From NCBI RefSeq assembly GCF_009914755.1, contig NC_060925.1: a stretch of 64,000 nt of DNA; one strand, given 5' to 3'. Source of the stretch: the human T2T-CHM13v2.0 reference genome, Homo sapiens. The notes beneath the pieces are model-generated. The model did not search any database. It was given only the letters and a program-made list of their open reading frames with translations, and was not told the DNA's origin. A program made the position numbers and the translations under genes. Below are positions 1 to 20,422 of the stretch, one piece after another; within the stretch, counting starts at the first letter, position 1; each line of letters opens with the position of its first letter.

Positions 1-1267
1 AAAAAATCCAAGACTGACTTTGAGCAGAGCTGGTTCATCTAAATGACCCTTTCCTTGCACCCCAGATCATCCTGATCCCCAGAGATTATACAGATTTGAA
101 AAAGTAACTGCCATGGAGCATGTTCACATTTATGCAAGAGGATCTTACGGAAGGAATCCCTTGAGAATCTAGGTCAGGAGTGCATCGCAGTGAGATAAAT
201 GAGACGTTCCCTGAATCATAAGAATCCTCTGTGGCAGAATTTACAGGAAGCATCTCTAGTCTCCATATTTGGCAGGCATCCAGCCAGAGTTGTCAAGTAT
301 TAGATTAATTTTAATTCAATGCAAAAAACCACATTAGTATAGTGTTGCAATCGAGAGTTGAAACACAAAAGCCAAGAGTCCTTGAAGTGGATCATTCCAA
401 AGCCTGAGCATCCCTTCAAGCGTCCATCAAAAAAGGCACATCCTCAGCACAATCCCCAGCTGGCTGCTGCCTTCACATCGTACCACTCAGCCAGGTAAGT
501 GAGCCTTGTGGCAGTGACCTGAAGGTATGGAGCTGTTAATTAATATTATTTCCCAGGTCCTGGACACAGGAGTTAAGGTTCAAACTCCATGACGTGGCAT
601 TCAAAATCCTCCACAATCTAGCTTCCAATGCCCTTCACAACCTCATCTTTTGGTACAACGCTCCATGTTTTCCAGGCTGCAGCCTCACTGGCCCTTTGAT
701 TACCACTGGTTACCTTCCTGCCACACTTAACTTGCACCTAGCTCAGTCTGCACCTCTTACAGCCCTAGGAGGGAGCAGTCCAAAATACTACGTATTACCA
801 AGGTACCTACTCCTCCAAGCCCCAGCTCATTGTTGAGAGAGGAGCAACTGACCCAAGGGAGGCAGTCAGTCAGATTCCTAGCCACAAGCCAATCAGATTT
901 CTCTTGAAATTTTGAACTAAAGATACAAATGGTAATGGGTAGTAGTCTTGAGCCCATGAATGGAGAAGACATTTGAGGCAATACACAATGATGAGCAAGC
1001 AAAGAGAGTCACCCCACAGAGAGGACAACACAAGAGACCACAGGATGGAGATGGAGAGAGGATGGGCCTGCATTGCTGCCAGCTCTCCCATTCCCAGTTC
1101 CTGCCTCTCTCTTGAGATGCCTCGCTGTACTTAATGTTCTTGCGGACTGTGAGATATTCCTACATCCTGATGAGCTATTTCTTTCACAAAAACCACTATG
1201 AGTGACCAGCTCACGTGGGTTCCTTGGAAATACCCCCACTGGAAACACACATCAGCAACCCTCTTGA

Positions 1268-2160
<893 letters not shown>

Positions 2161-2416
2161 GGCAGTATCTGTGTTAAATGACCCTGTCCACACCCTCTGG
2201 CCTGTAGAAGTTCAATGTGGCCATAGCCACTTTCAGCAACCTCTCAACTGTAAACTGTGCTTGAACCCATCCTGGACGCCACCCCATTGTGTATCTCACA
2301 TTCCAGCAGCAATGTAAGGCTCTCTCATTAGGCTTAGGATAAGACCCCTATCCCACTGCATGGATGGGTCCCGGGAGAGAAATGCCACAGCACTTCAACA
2401 ACTTTTCCAGGAAAAG

Positions 2417-2524
2417 CTGCCTCCTCAGCTCTTCCTGCATCTCCAGCCCACCAGCCCACTTGCAGATTTTGGACTTGCCAGCCTCTTTAATGGTGTGAAC
2501 CAATTCCTTAAAAATAAATCTCTT
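2417..2524 (+). repeat. 108-bp inverted copy of 1796-1903
   Basis: Reverse-complement match with 3 mismatches; also visible as the shared peptide [30 protein letters not shown] in ORFs 1691..1921(-) and 2360..2590(+). Confidence 0.95.
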
Positions 2525-2900
<376 letters not shown>

Positions 2901-3112
2901 CTATCTTCTTACACTAGCTTGACTGTTTTTCCATCTACTGTGAGACTGGTTCCTTGTTGTACTTGGAATTGAGACCGACCACTCTCCTCTATTGCAATAC
3001 CCCTATTGCAATAGTCTTGAATAAAGTCTTCCTTGCCATTTTAACAAGTGTCGGTTTAGTTTTTCCCTTAACACTGGTAAATTAGGATAATAACAATAAT
3101 AATAATACCTGC

Positions 3113-3606
3113 TGTGTTCATTTGCTATGTCTACTGTAATAGATCACCACAAACTTAGTGGCTTAAAAGTGTATGATGTTACAGTTCTGAACGTCAGAAA
3201 TTCAACATGGGATCTCACTGGGCTAAAACCAAGGAGTTGGCAGGGTTGCATTCCCTCTAGAGGCTCCGGGGGGGATCTGTTTTCTTGCCTTTTCCAGCTT
3301 CTTGAGGCCACCCACATTCCTTGCCTCATGGCCCCTTCCTCTACAGTGGCCAACAATGACTGCCTAAGTCTTTCTCACATGGCCCAGGGTCTCACTCTGG
3401 CTTTGACCCTCCTGCCTCCCTCTTTCTCTTATAAGGACCTCTATGATTCCATTGAGCCTACCCAGATAATTCAGAATATCACTCCATCGCAAGATCCTTA
3501 AATTAATCACACCCGTAAAGTCCCTATTGCCTTCTAAAGCAAAGTAGTCACAGGTTCCAGGGGTTAGAACACAGACATCTTTGGGGGAGCTATTCTGCCT
3601 ACTACA
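3113..3606 (-). mobile_element. MLT1 (MLT1C-like) MaLR solo LTR
   Basis: cacaaacttagtggcttaaaa...gacatctttgggggagctattctgcctactaca matches MLT1 termini. Confidence 0.85.
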
Positions 3607-3652
3607 CCTACCTCGTGGGATTGTTTCTAAGGTTGAGATGAAATCATGCATG

Positions 3653-4062
<410 letters not shown>

Positions 4063-5080
4063 TTAGATATTATTGTTGTTGTGGTGGTGGTGCTGGTGGT
4101 GGTGGTGGTTATTGTCACTGAGCCTCCATAGCACTGGGCCTCATCATTCCTCTGCTATGGCATTGGTCACACTAGATGTTACTTGTTTACACGTCTCTTC
4201 CCACCGCCTTCCTCAAGGACAGTGACATAGAGCGAGGCAGCACTGGCCTTACACAGGGCCTGGCATAAAGTGGGCCCCCAGGACATGTTCCAGGAAAGGC
4301 TACTGAGTAAAGGCCAGACCTGGTGGCACCTTAGGAGGGTGGGCATCATGTTGGGTGCAGACCCTAAGGTTCAACTCTCAGGACATGAGGGCCCCCCGCC
4401 CTGTCAAGCCTTCATGGGTAGCCAGGATTAGCCACTGCCAATCCGCTGGTTTGAGCTGGAGAAGCTCCTGTTCTGCTCCCCTCATTAAGAAGCCAGTCTC
4501 CTGGTAGAGGAAATGTTCAACATGAATGATTAACCTGTATGTGCTGGGAGCCACGCTTGGGGCAGGGCAGGAGCTTTGTCTGCATGTGTTTCTTTGCCCA
4601 AAAGCGTGACCAGGTTGTCCAGCCACTGGCCTAAAAAATTCTCATTTAGCAAACGTCACTCTCTTTTGGGGGAGAAGCGTCCTGGGGCTGAGACTTGACA
4701 ACTTTGCTCCTGATGTAGTCTTTGTGAGACCTCTGAGGAAGGCAGATATTGGGAACTGGAAATACTTTGACCCTTTCCTCTTGCATTAATGGGGGTGGGG
4801 GGTAGGAAAACGTATTGAGTCATTAATTTACAGTCCTTCTTCCTTTGCTCTCCCCTCTGGCTGGTGCCATGAAAGTGTCAGGCCCTTCAGTGCTCCCTGT
4901 TTTGGGGGAAGGTGTGTTTGAGGACAAGAAATCCAGAAAGGGGGTAGAGGTTGCCTTCCAAATGCTTCTTTTCTGGCTTCTGCCTTTATTTCTTAAGCAC
5001 TGAGCTCTCTGAAGAGAGTCTATGATTATCTCCCCTGACCACATTATCCAGTGTCATCTCTTTCTAGTCCCCTAACCCGA

Positions 5081-5103
5081 CACACACACACACACACACA
5101 CAC
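5081..5103. repeat. (CA)n microsatellite
   Basis: Direct read. Confidence 0.95.
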
Positions 5104-5117
5104 GCATGTACCCATAA

Positions 5118-5503
<386 letters not shown>

Positions 5504-6269
5504 TCTTGGTCTTATACCAGGTCCACACTCAGTATGTAATTCCCTTGTTAGTGTCTGTCTGAGCAACAAAATATCCAAATCTGTTTTGTTCACCTTTATA
5601 TTCCTAGGACCTGGCATAGGCCTGGTATGGCAACTTGTGAGCTGGCTGGTGGGTGGGTGGAAGGAAGTAGAATCAAATCACCACCACATGTCCACACTTA
5701 CTCCAGGGAATATTTGGAGCCCTAGTCCCAAGACCTCACGGGGCCCCCAAGATATCTTGTCTATGCCCCAAAATAGCCCTGTGCAATGCCTCCTCCAGGG
5801 CTCTGGGGGCAACTTCAGGCTAAGGAATCAGGGGCACCCTACTGTTTGACTATGTACTAGGAGCATCCTTAAGTTCATCAAATAATAAACATTCCATCAG
5901 GCTGGCCTGGCCCTCTCATGGACATTTAGAAATGCTGTAACTCAAAGTGAAAGCCCATTGCTGATAGCGTATCAGGGAAATCTCCATGAGATACAGTCCC
6001 TTGTCCCAGTCCAAACTGATGGCCATGCCAAGTGGAGAGATAACAGGTGAGGGCTCCTGGGAGGAGCTGGAGGCTGAGGACAGGAATGAAAAATGGCTGC
6101 TTCGTGCTGGGCTTCAATGTTGGTTTGTTCTGAGAGAGAACAAATGAAGTTCTGGCCCTTAGGGGAAGCACTGTGCATTTCTCTCTGAGGAGAGACCAGG
6201 GGGTGGGGGGTATAATCTGGATCACTTGTGAAATTTACATCCCCCCCACATGCTGATGAATCTGGCACC

Positions 6270-6960
6270 TGAGAGATCTCAGTCTCAGCTTGTACAAAAC
6301 CAGGCTGTCTATAGACTCCCTCTTATCTCCATCCTTCCATACCCCCACTTTCTCCTCCTCCTGAGGTCCATATCTTGGCGATGACACTGCCATCTAACCC
6401 TTCATAAGCCACAAAATTCAGTCTTCCCCAAATCCCCACTCTTTCTTATTCTCCACCTCACCCCCCAACCTCAAAGATCAAGAATCCCTGTCAATCCTCC
6501 TTCCTAAATTACTCTCTAAATGCTCCTTGCAGGCCACCTCAGTACCCCACCCAGCCAGCCTCCTCATTTCCAATCTGAACTATTGGAAAAGTGCCTCTTG
6601 AGCCTCTTCCCAACTCAATTCACTCCGCCAGGACCATCCTCCTAAGACACATTCATTCCTTGGTACAAAAGCACCTTTTGAGCACCTATTAGGTACCACA
6701 CACTTTGATGCTGAGAATTTGAAAACAAACAAGATCTGATTGTATCATTCTCATGTTCAAAAGCCTTAGCTAGCTCTCTGCTGCCTACAGAATAGAGTCC
6801 ATTCTCCTTAGGACACTAGTTAGGGCTATCCACGATGAGGCCTCAAATTTTCCTTTTGGACCAAGGCTTCCTCCAAAAACCCTAGGGATCAAACAGTAAA
6901 AGACAACTCCCACTCCAAGCACCCTCCTGACTCCATGACTTCCTTTGCCCATTTCTTGCT
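6270..6960. mobile_element. L2 remnants
   Basis: Pyrimidine-rich L2 3'-region-like sequence; highly diverged, boundaries approximate. Confidence 0.55.
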
Positions 6961-7632
6961 TCCTTTTCTCCTTATCAAGATCGCCCTCATTCTTCAATGA
7001 GAAACAGCTCACATGACGTTTCTGCTGTGGAGTTGCCATAATCCTCCAAGTTGGAATTAATCACCCAATTCCCTTCGATTCCAAAGCACAGTTCTAATCC
7101 CAGCATTGCAACATTTGCCTCTTCCAGGTTCCTGATTTAGGTAATGAGGTGGGAAAATTATTATCTAACAGCTGACACAGAATTTCTCTTAGGGAGGAAA
7201 ATGTCCTTTGGGAAAATACCTTAAACTCCAGTCCCCAATTCCCACTCTTGGGGTTTACTGACTCTGGTAGGAAAGCTGGGTTCTCATCTTTGTTCCCAGA
7301 GAGACCAGGTGAGGTCATCCAGGTACTGCCTCCCTCAGTGTGCTCTCTGAGGACATGACACCGGAGTAGACACACAAATGAAATGAGGGAACTCTGGGGA
7401 CGGGCATCCCAGGCTGCTGGAACAGCAGGAGGAAGGCACGCTGGTGTGAACAGCATGATGCTCATGGGGAATGAATAGCAGTCATTCATGTGTAACCTTC
7501 ACAGGGGCAAGGAGCCTGCTCAGGGTCTCCCGTGGCTCTTGTCCCCAAGAACACACCTGTTGCATACGCATGTACAACAAGTTTTGCCCTGAATTTCAAG
7601 AGGTTCTCGGGCCTTCTGAAACCTGCCTATAA

Positions 7633-8103
<471 letters not shown>

Positions 8104-8123
8104 TGATAAGTGTTACAAAATCA

Positions 8124-8433
<310 letters not shown>

Positions 8434-8549
8434 ATGAAATCATTATGAGATGCAGCTAGATTTAGGAAGCTGTTTCAAGCAAGAAACAAGGAGGGGCAGC
8501 AGGGATGGGGAGACAAAAGGACAGATTGGAGCAACATCGAAAGGGAGGG

Positions 8550-9371
<822 letters not shown>

Positions 9372-9631
9372 GGAGCACACTGACAGAACTTGGCTGTTTA
9401 TAAGACTGGGTAAGCTGAAAGGAAGGGAGACGCGCAGGAGGGCTTCATGGTTTCCAGCCTGGGCTGCCACCAATGCTGCCTCCATTAACCAGCACTGAGG
9501 GCAGAAAGGAGGGGTCCAATTTTGGATGCGTCCTGCAGGCCACCCAAGGTGGATATTCAAGTCTAGAGATCAGGGGAGCCTTCAGGAATGGTCGCAGAGA
9601 CTGGAGAGCACCACACTTACAGGGTGCTTAG

Positions 9632-12578
<2,947 letters not shown>

Positions 12579-12594
12579 AGAAATGTGGGCTGGA

Positions 12595-12757
12595 GCTGGG
12601 CATGGTGGTGAGTGGATGTAGTCCCAGTTACTCAGGAGGCTGAGGCCAGAGGATCGCCTGAGCCTGGGTATACAAGTGAGTTGTGATTGCATCACTGAAC
12701 TTCAGCCTGAATGACAGACAGAGACACTGTCTTTTTGGAAGTTAAAAAAGAAAAGAC
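12595..12757 (+). mobile_element. FRAM / old Alu right monomer
   Basis: gctgggcatggtgg...gtagtcccagttactcaggaggctgagg, followed by a third copy of the target site (agaaatgtggactggg, 12758-12773). Confidence 0.85.
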
Positions 12758-13156
12758 AGAAATGTGGACTGGGAGAGTTGGGAATGTGTAGAGAAGGGAG
12801 GCGGCCACCACAGAGCCCTGAGGGGAAGGAGATCAGAACCCATGGAGGAAACCACAAAGCAGCAGCCAGAGATGCTGGAGGAAAACCAAGGGGCTGCAGA
12901 GTCACGGACACCACGGGAATGTTCAAGGTGAGGGGAGTCGCTTCCAGTGTCCCAGGCAGTAGAGATGAGAAGCAAAGATGAAAGCAGAAGAGTGGCTGTT
13001 GGATGTGGCCATTAGCAGGTGAGTGGTGTCTCCAGAGACAGAGCAGTTCTGGGGTCACAGAGGAGCCAAAAGCCACACTGCAAAGAATCAAGAAGGGAAT
13101 GCAAAACACGGAACCTGCTGAAAAACAGACAGTGACCTGAAACATCAATAAATAAT

Positions 13157-13259
13157 AGCCAGGCACGGTGGCATGTGCCTGTATTCCCAGCTGCTTGGGA
13201 GGCTGATGCAGGAGGATCGCTTGAGCCCAGCAGTTCAAATCCAGCCTGGGCAACATAGC
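13157..13259 (+). mobile_element. FLAM monomer
   Basis: ggaggatcgcttgagcccagcagttcaaatccagcctgggcaacatagc. Confidence 0.8.
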
Positions 13260-14249
13260 TTCATTATCTCACTTCTTATTCTGCACCACAGCCCTATGAG
13301 AAGGTACTATCGTCAGTGTCTCTGTTTTACAGAGAAGAAAACCGAGGCTCAGGAGGTAAATTAGCCTCCCCAGCATTATACAGCCAGGAAGTGGCAGAAC
13401 CAGGTTTCAACCCTGGCTGTCTGGGCTGCAGAGCCCTTGTGCTAAGCCATTCAAATGCATTTCACACCCTCTCCACTGATCCCATGCTAAGGGACCCTCC
13501 GCTGGGTGACCCTGGCTTAGACACCAGACTTTAAGCAGCCATGGGTGGGGAGGGACTGTGCCTGACTCCCTTCTCTCCCTTCCCCTAGAAGTCTAGGGGG
13601 TCACTTTGTGTTTCTAGAGGCAAATCTAGCTTATGTGTACAAACTTCCACGTAAAAATCCGTCCTGTCCTGGGGTACTTGTAGAAATCTTCATGAGGCAG
13701 GGTCAAAAGCCGTGACTCTTGTCCCAGATGTCTGCTGAGCAAGAGACATGGCAACCTTTGCTAGTCTCCCTGGACACCCCTCTACAGCCTCACCTGACCT
13801 GCTCATGTCCTGGGACCGCTGAGCTCAGAGCACCTGCAGAACACAGTGAGGTCCATTCAAAACCCCAGCATTTGGGTCTAGGCCACCCACTACCTGGGAT
13901 CACAGTGTTTTTGTGCGGCATGCTGCCACCTGCATGCCCTGGCTGGTCCCCTAATGCTCCAATCACACAGATGAGGCCCCCTCCCACTGTGGGCAGCCAC
14001 CAGCGGAGAGTCCTTCCAGGACCAATCAGGTCCACTCTGACCCCAGCCTCCAGCCTAAGCCCTAACCCCAGCTCTGCCAGGCTGAGGTGGCAATGCCAGC
14101 CTGCCTGGCCAGGCTCCCACCAAAAGTCTGACAGTGAATGAGAATGGACAGAGGGAAAAGGAGAAGGAAAACTGTCTCTTTTTACCCTGTGTTCTTCTCA
14201 ATTGTTTGGCTGTTACATCTTGACCATAAATAAATATATATAAATATTG

Positions 14250-14700
14250 AGAGACAGTACAGTGGTTAATAGCACAGGTGCTGACATCACCTGGGTTCAA
14301 ATCTGCGTTCAAACCTGACTCCTTACTTGCAAACTAAGTGAGTTTGGGTGAATGACATCATCTCTCTGTAGCTCAGCTCCTTATCTGTAGAGATAGGATA
14401 ATATAACAAAAGTATACCGAGTGCTTAGCACAGTGCCTAACAATTACACACGATGCCATAATTTAAAAACACAACCAATCTGGTTTTAAATTTTGGGTCC
14501 ACTACCCATTTGCTGAATGGCCTTGAACAAGTTGCTAAACTTCTCTGTGCCTCAATTTCCTCCTCTATAAATGGGGTGAAGATCATAATTGCACATCCCT
14601 CATAGAGTTATTATCAGAATTAAATGAAGTAGTGTATCTAAATCACTTAGAAAAGCACCTGGCACAGAGTAAGCATTGTGTAAATATTAGCTACTATTAT
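14250..14700 (+). mobile_element. Two MIR elements
   Basis: MIR core motifs such as ctctgtgcctcaatttcctcctctataaatgggg and gcacctggcacagagtaagca. Confidence 0.75.
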
Positions 14701-15267
14701 TGCTTAATAAACAAATGAAGCAGTTTAAAAAAAAAAAACAGGAAGGAAAGATGGGCACAGCCAAAAGAAAGAGGAGCCCCCAAAACCCCTGCCAGAGCAA
14801 CTGCATTGGTAGGCAAGAGCCAAATGGGAATCAGATAACCACAAAGTAGAGACCAGTAATAGCACTGTGGGCCCAGCCAGCACTGATGACTTTAGTCCCT
14901 GAGAACACTCACCACCACCCCCTGCTACCCACAAGTCCTTGCTCCTGCACGTGGGCCACATTCCTCACCACCCCAGAAGCAAGAACCCTGGCTGTAGCAG
15001 GGGAGCAAGAGCAGGAAAAGGGAGTGGAGATCCAGGTGCTGGGCCAGAGTCTGTGCAGGCCGGGATAGGGCCTCCTCCAAACCCTGGGGGCAGCACCCTA
15101 AGGTGGGGGCTGGGCAGGGATGGGTAGCAGTGAAGGAGGTAGGTATGGAGGAGATGTTCCTACTTATGGAGGTTTGACGAGTTGGTGTGTAAAGCTGAAG
15201 GTACCTAGGCCCATAGTTTTCCAACTTTATGTGAGTTCAAATCACCCAAGAAGCAGATTTTTGTCTG

Positions 15268-15603
15268 TATTTTTATTTTTATTTTATTTTTTATTTTTAT
15301 TCATTTATTGATTTATTTTTGAGATGGAGTCTTGCTCTGTCACCCAGACTGGAGTGCAATGGCATGATCTCGGCTCACTACAACCTCCGCCTCCTGGGTT
15401 CAAGCGATTCTCCTGCCTCAGGCCTCCCAAGTAGCTGGGACTAAAGGTGTGTGCCACCACGCCCAGCCAATTTTTGTATTTTTGGTAGAGACAGGCTTTC
15501 GCCATGTTGGTCAGGCTGGTCTCGAACTCCTGACCGCAAGTGATCCGCCTGCCTTGGCCTACCAAAGAGCTGGGATTACAGGCGTGAGCCACTATGCCTG
15601 GCC
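15268..15603 (-). mobile_element. AluS
   Basis: Full reverse-complement Alu dimer with a T-rich tail. Confidence 0.93.
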
Positions 15604-16242
15604 AAAATCTATATATTTAATAAACTCCACCCTCCCCACACCCCAACTTCCAGGGGATGAGAAATCCCAGCCTTTGCCAGAATCTTTCACAGGGTCATGC
15701 TTACCACATGTGCTATCTTCAGCAGGATTTGCAAGTTGGAAAGCATCATTTTCGACTGGCCCTTCTGTTAAGAGAAAGAGAAGAAGGAGGAGGCGGAAGA
15801 GAAGGAAAGGAAGAGAAAGGAATGAAAGAAAAAGACTTCAAAAAATTTTTCAAGTCAAACTGCGGCTCCAGTGACTATAACTTTTAACCCTCCAAAAAGC
15901 CCCATTGTAGCTTTCAAGTGTCAATCTAAGAGCTGAGCCTGAATTATCTAACCTTCGGCTTTAAAGAGCCACATTAAAAAGGTCAGCAGGACAACCGCAG
16001 TGTGTTGCGGGAAGCTTCTCTCCTTCAGACACTTGAAAGGTAGACTTTCAGAGAGGGGCATAGCCAAGAGAAGTCACCCATTTCGAATAAAACAGCCTTG
16101 GCTGAACAAGCTAGACCCTTACAACCGCTTACTTGTGATTGAATTTGGTCCCTTATTGTTTAAATAATTAGAGGGAATCTTTGCAAAACACAGAATTGAC
16201 CCCTCACTTCCAACCTTTTGACCGCTCCCTAACACCTGTAAC

Positions 16243-16512
16243 AGTAGCTCCCAAACTGTAACCGGCAATAATAGTTGTTAGGGGAATAACGGGTGTCTTG
16301 TGGTTGAATACGTTTATAAAACACTGGGTTAGGCCAAGTCAAACAGGTTTTGTTCCTATAGGACTTGGCAGGGCCCTTGCTGTGCTAAGGTTCATTAGCC
16401 ATTTGGGGGCCTGGAATATCTGTGCAGCGTTTCCATCCCTGATTTGACCGCCACTGAACCTCTGCTTCAGGGAGCAACCCTCAGGTCTATAGTTTTACGG
16501 AACACCACTGGG
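16243..16512. mobile_element. hAT-Charlie MITE (MER103-like)
   Basis: acactgggttaggccaagtcaaacaggttt...aggacttggcagggccctt resembles recalled MER103. Confidence 0.55.
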
Positions 16513-17196
16513 ACTCACAGCAAGCCCCTTAGTCTAGCATGCAAGGCCTTCCCTGCCTAGTCCTGGCCCATATTTCCAGGCTCTCCCTCATCCCACACAC
16601 ATGCACCCACACCTGAAGTTCTAAGCACACCAGCTACTTGCCCTTCACAAGGCACTTAAGACACTTAACTGGCTGCTCTCACTGCTGGAAATGACCTTCC
16701 TCCTCTTCTTTACCCTAAAACTTCCACTCACATTCAGAGCCCTTGCTCAAAGTCATTGCTTCTATGGAACCTTCAGCTGCTCCCTCCACAAAAGCTGACT
16801 GCTTCCTGCTCAAGGCTCTATCACAGCACGGATCAACCTGCACTGTGACTAGCCTGAGTCTCTCCATTATTAATTGAGAGTTTCAGAGGGCTGGGAGTAT
16901 AAGCCGATCAAGGCAATGTGTGTTGGCAATACTAATAGCTTCCATCTGTCGGCACTTCCTAAGGCCAGGCATTATCGTAAGCTCTCAACGTGCATCAACA
17001 CATGTCATCCTCAAAAACTTACTCACTGGGTAAATAACGACAATTAACAATTCTTATTATTCCTATTTTATAGATGAGGAAGCTGAAACTCAGACGGGTT
17101 ACCATGCCTAAAGTCACACGAGCATTTTATGGCAGAGGCAGGATTCAACCCTACATCTTCAAACACTATATTGTAACACTTAAGAGCAGTAGAGGT

Positions 17197-17488
17197 GGCC
17201 GGGTGTGGTGGCTCACGCCTGTAATCCCAGCACTTTGGAAAACTGAGGCGGGTGGATCACGAGGTCAGGAGATCGAGACCATCCTGGTTAACATGGTGAA
17301 ACCCCGTCTCTACTAAAAAATACAAAAAATTAGCCAGGCGTGGTGGTGGGCGCCTGTAGTCCCAGCTACTCAGGAGGCTGAGGCAGGAGAATGGCATGAA
17401 CCCAGGAAGCAGAATTTGCAGTGAGCCGAGATTGCACCACTGCACTCCAGCCTGGGCGACAGAGTGAGACTCCGTCTCAAAAAAAAAA
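17197..17488 (+). mobile_element. AluY-like
   Basis: gatcacgaggtcaggagatcgagaccatcc and gaatggcatgaacc; TSD agtagaggt. Confidence 0.93.
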
Positions 17489-18402
17489 GAAGTAGAGGTG
17501 CACTTGACTCTAGGGCTGGCTGATTCAGAAGCTGCACAATGTCATCAAGAACTCAGACTCTTTCTGTCTCTCCACTCTGCATCCTCAGGAAATTAGCTCT
17601 GCCCTCAGGCTGGCTGTTCTCATGGTGCCAAGACAGTGGCAGCAGTTCCAAGCATCACATCCAGCCATAATGTCCAAGAGAAGAAAGGGAACAGAGTGGA
17701 AGCTAGGAGCATCATCTATGGAACCAGACCACCTTACTTCCTAGGTGTATGACCTTAGGCAAGTCAAGTGTATGCAAAGATAGAATGGGCTGTCTTGAAA
17801 GGAGCTCTCCATTGTCTCTCACTTCAGGTTTTGCCTAGAACAGTCCTCTACCCCTTCTTTGCCTAACACACACCTATTCTTTCTTTAGAAATCATCTCCA
17901 ACCTCACCTCCTCCAGGAAGCCTTCCCTGATGGCCCCCATCCAGGCTAGTTTCAATGCTTTGCTGTGTGTCCCTGAGTAGTCTGTACTTGCCCCCATTGT
18001 TGTATACTCTCCACAATACTGTAATTACTTGTTTCATTGTCTGTCTTCCACACTAGAGCATGAGCTGAGAAAAGGCAGGAAACACCTGTCTTGTCACCAT
18101 GGCATCCCTATAACTGGTGCAGTACCCAACACATATAAGGGGCTTAAAAAATATCTGCTAGATGTTCAAGCAGAAGACAAAAGATCATATAACTAAGGCA
18201 TTGTAGCAAGGGCTTGGCAGTTCAATTAGATAATCTTTAGGTCTTGAGGTGGACAATTCTCAGGCACATCAGCTAGTCCTTGTTCAGAGACCTGGGGGAG
18301 CCTTGGCCACCATGCCCCAAGAGCCACATGAGCTACATGCAGGGAAAATGTCTCCTTAGGTTTTCCCCACAAGCTGGGATAATCCTCCAAAAGATGCAGT
18401 CA

Positions 18403-18744
<342 letters not shown>

Positions 18745-20122
18745 CTAGAGGCTTAAGTTCTTGCTCTGCCACTTCCTGCCCATGTTCCTGAGCACATCTC
18801 ATCATCTCCCTGGACCTTATTTTCTTCATCTGTAAAATGGGGTTAAAAGCAATACTTCCTCCAGAGAGTGATTGTAAAGATTAAATGAGACAAGTTATAC
18901 AGAAAGCCAAGCACACAATAAACCCTCCAGTAAACGTTGGCTCCTCTTATCAGTGTGCACATTTGCAGTGACAAAACTGCACAGAAGTGGCGACCTATTT
19001 TATAACCCTATCTCCAGGCTTAGTCTCTGGAGCTCAGAGAGGCTCGCTGTTGGGAATGGCATGATGCGCTAAGGGTGGAAGTTTCATTGGCTGAGCACGC
19101 TACTGTCCCTCAATAAAGATGAAGACAGAGATGAGGTCATCGACAGCCACTGAAAAATGCAGGGCAATGGGCAGGACTGAAGCCAAACTCTCCGAGTATT
19201 AATGGCTAATTGCATATTGAGTTGGGGAAGTGTTTTAGGAAAAAAAAAAAAACTTTCATCAATTTTTCTTCTGGGACAGTTTTAGGAATCACTGAAGAAT
19301 AAGCTGCTCAATAGCTCTTAAGTGTGTTCGAAAGGGTGCTAGGCTAGGAGTGAGGACACTTGGATTCTTGTCCTGGACCTTCCAGCAGCTTGCTTTGGGA
19401 CCTGCCCTGTTCTAACCTCCGCCTCAGTCACCTCTGAAGTGCCTCTGAGCCTCTGTGGCAGGTTGTATAGCATGGTGGCTGAATGGCAGCCTTTAGACCC
19501 CAAAGACCTGAGTTCAAGTTCCAGCTCTGCTACTTAGAAACTATTACCCTCTGCAAGTCCTTTAACCCCCTCTAAGCAAGACTAGAGTTTATTTTATGTG
19601 AATTGGAGATTCTAATTGTACTTACTTCACAGGACCTACCTACCTCTGTTCTCCCACCAGCTCTTCTGAGGATTAAACGAGGTAATTACACAAAGCTCTT
19701 AATGGGTTCAGCACAGGAGCACTCAAGAAGTGGTAGCTGTTGTGCTTATTTTGATTTGATAATTCTCTTGACATTGTTGATGGCAGTGACACCTGGGGAA
19801 AGCCCACACAGACCATACATTTGACAGAGATGCATAAATCCTTCCAAACAGGCATGTCACCATGCAGAGGATGGTGAAGGCTTCTGTCCCAGGGCTTGAT
19901 GGTGTTCTGCTTCATTCTGCTTCAAAATCTCTTTGAACCAGTCAAGCACCTTATCAAGGCCTTTAGCTCTAAACCTCAGTGGTGTTAAGTGCACTTTGTT
20001 ACTTAACTGATGATTTCTATCCCCAGCAGGGGCTGACTTAACCTCAGAAAGAAAGAAATGTGCTGGTAGGTAGTGTTTGGGAAAGTGACAAGCTGTACTT
20101 TGTATCCAATCCTAATTTTTAA

Positions 20123-20422
<300 letters not shown>

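Noticed and set aside
2989-3014. Tandem ATTGCAAT palindromes (C/EBP-like)
   Set aside because: They lie just upstream of the LTR poly(A) signal and are most likely part of the LTR itself.
12702-13256. 184-aa minus-strand ORF
   Set aside because: It runs across FLAM, L2 and FRAM remnants, so it is a chance frame.
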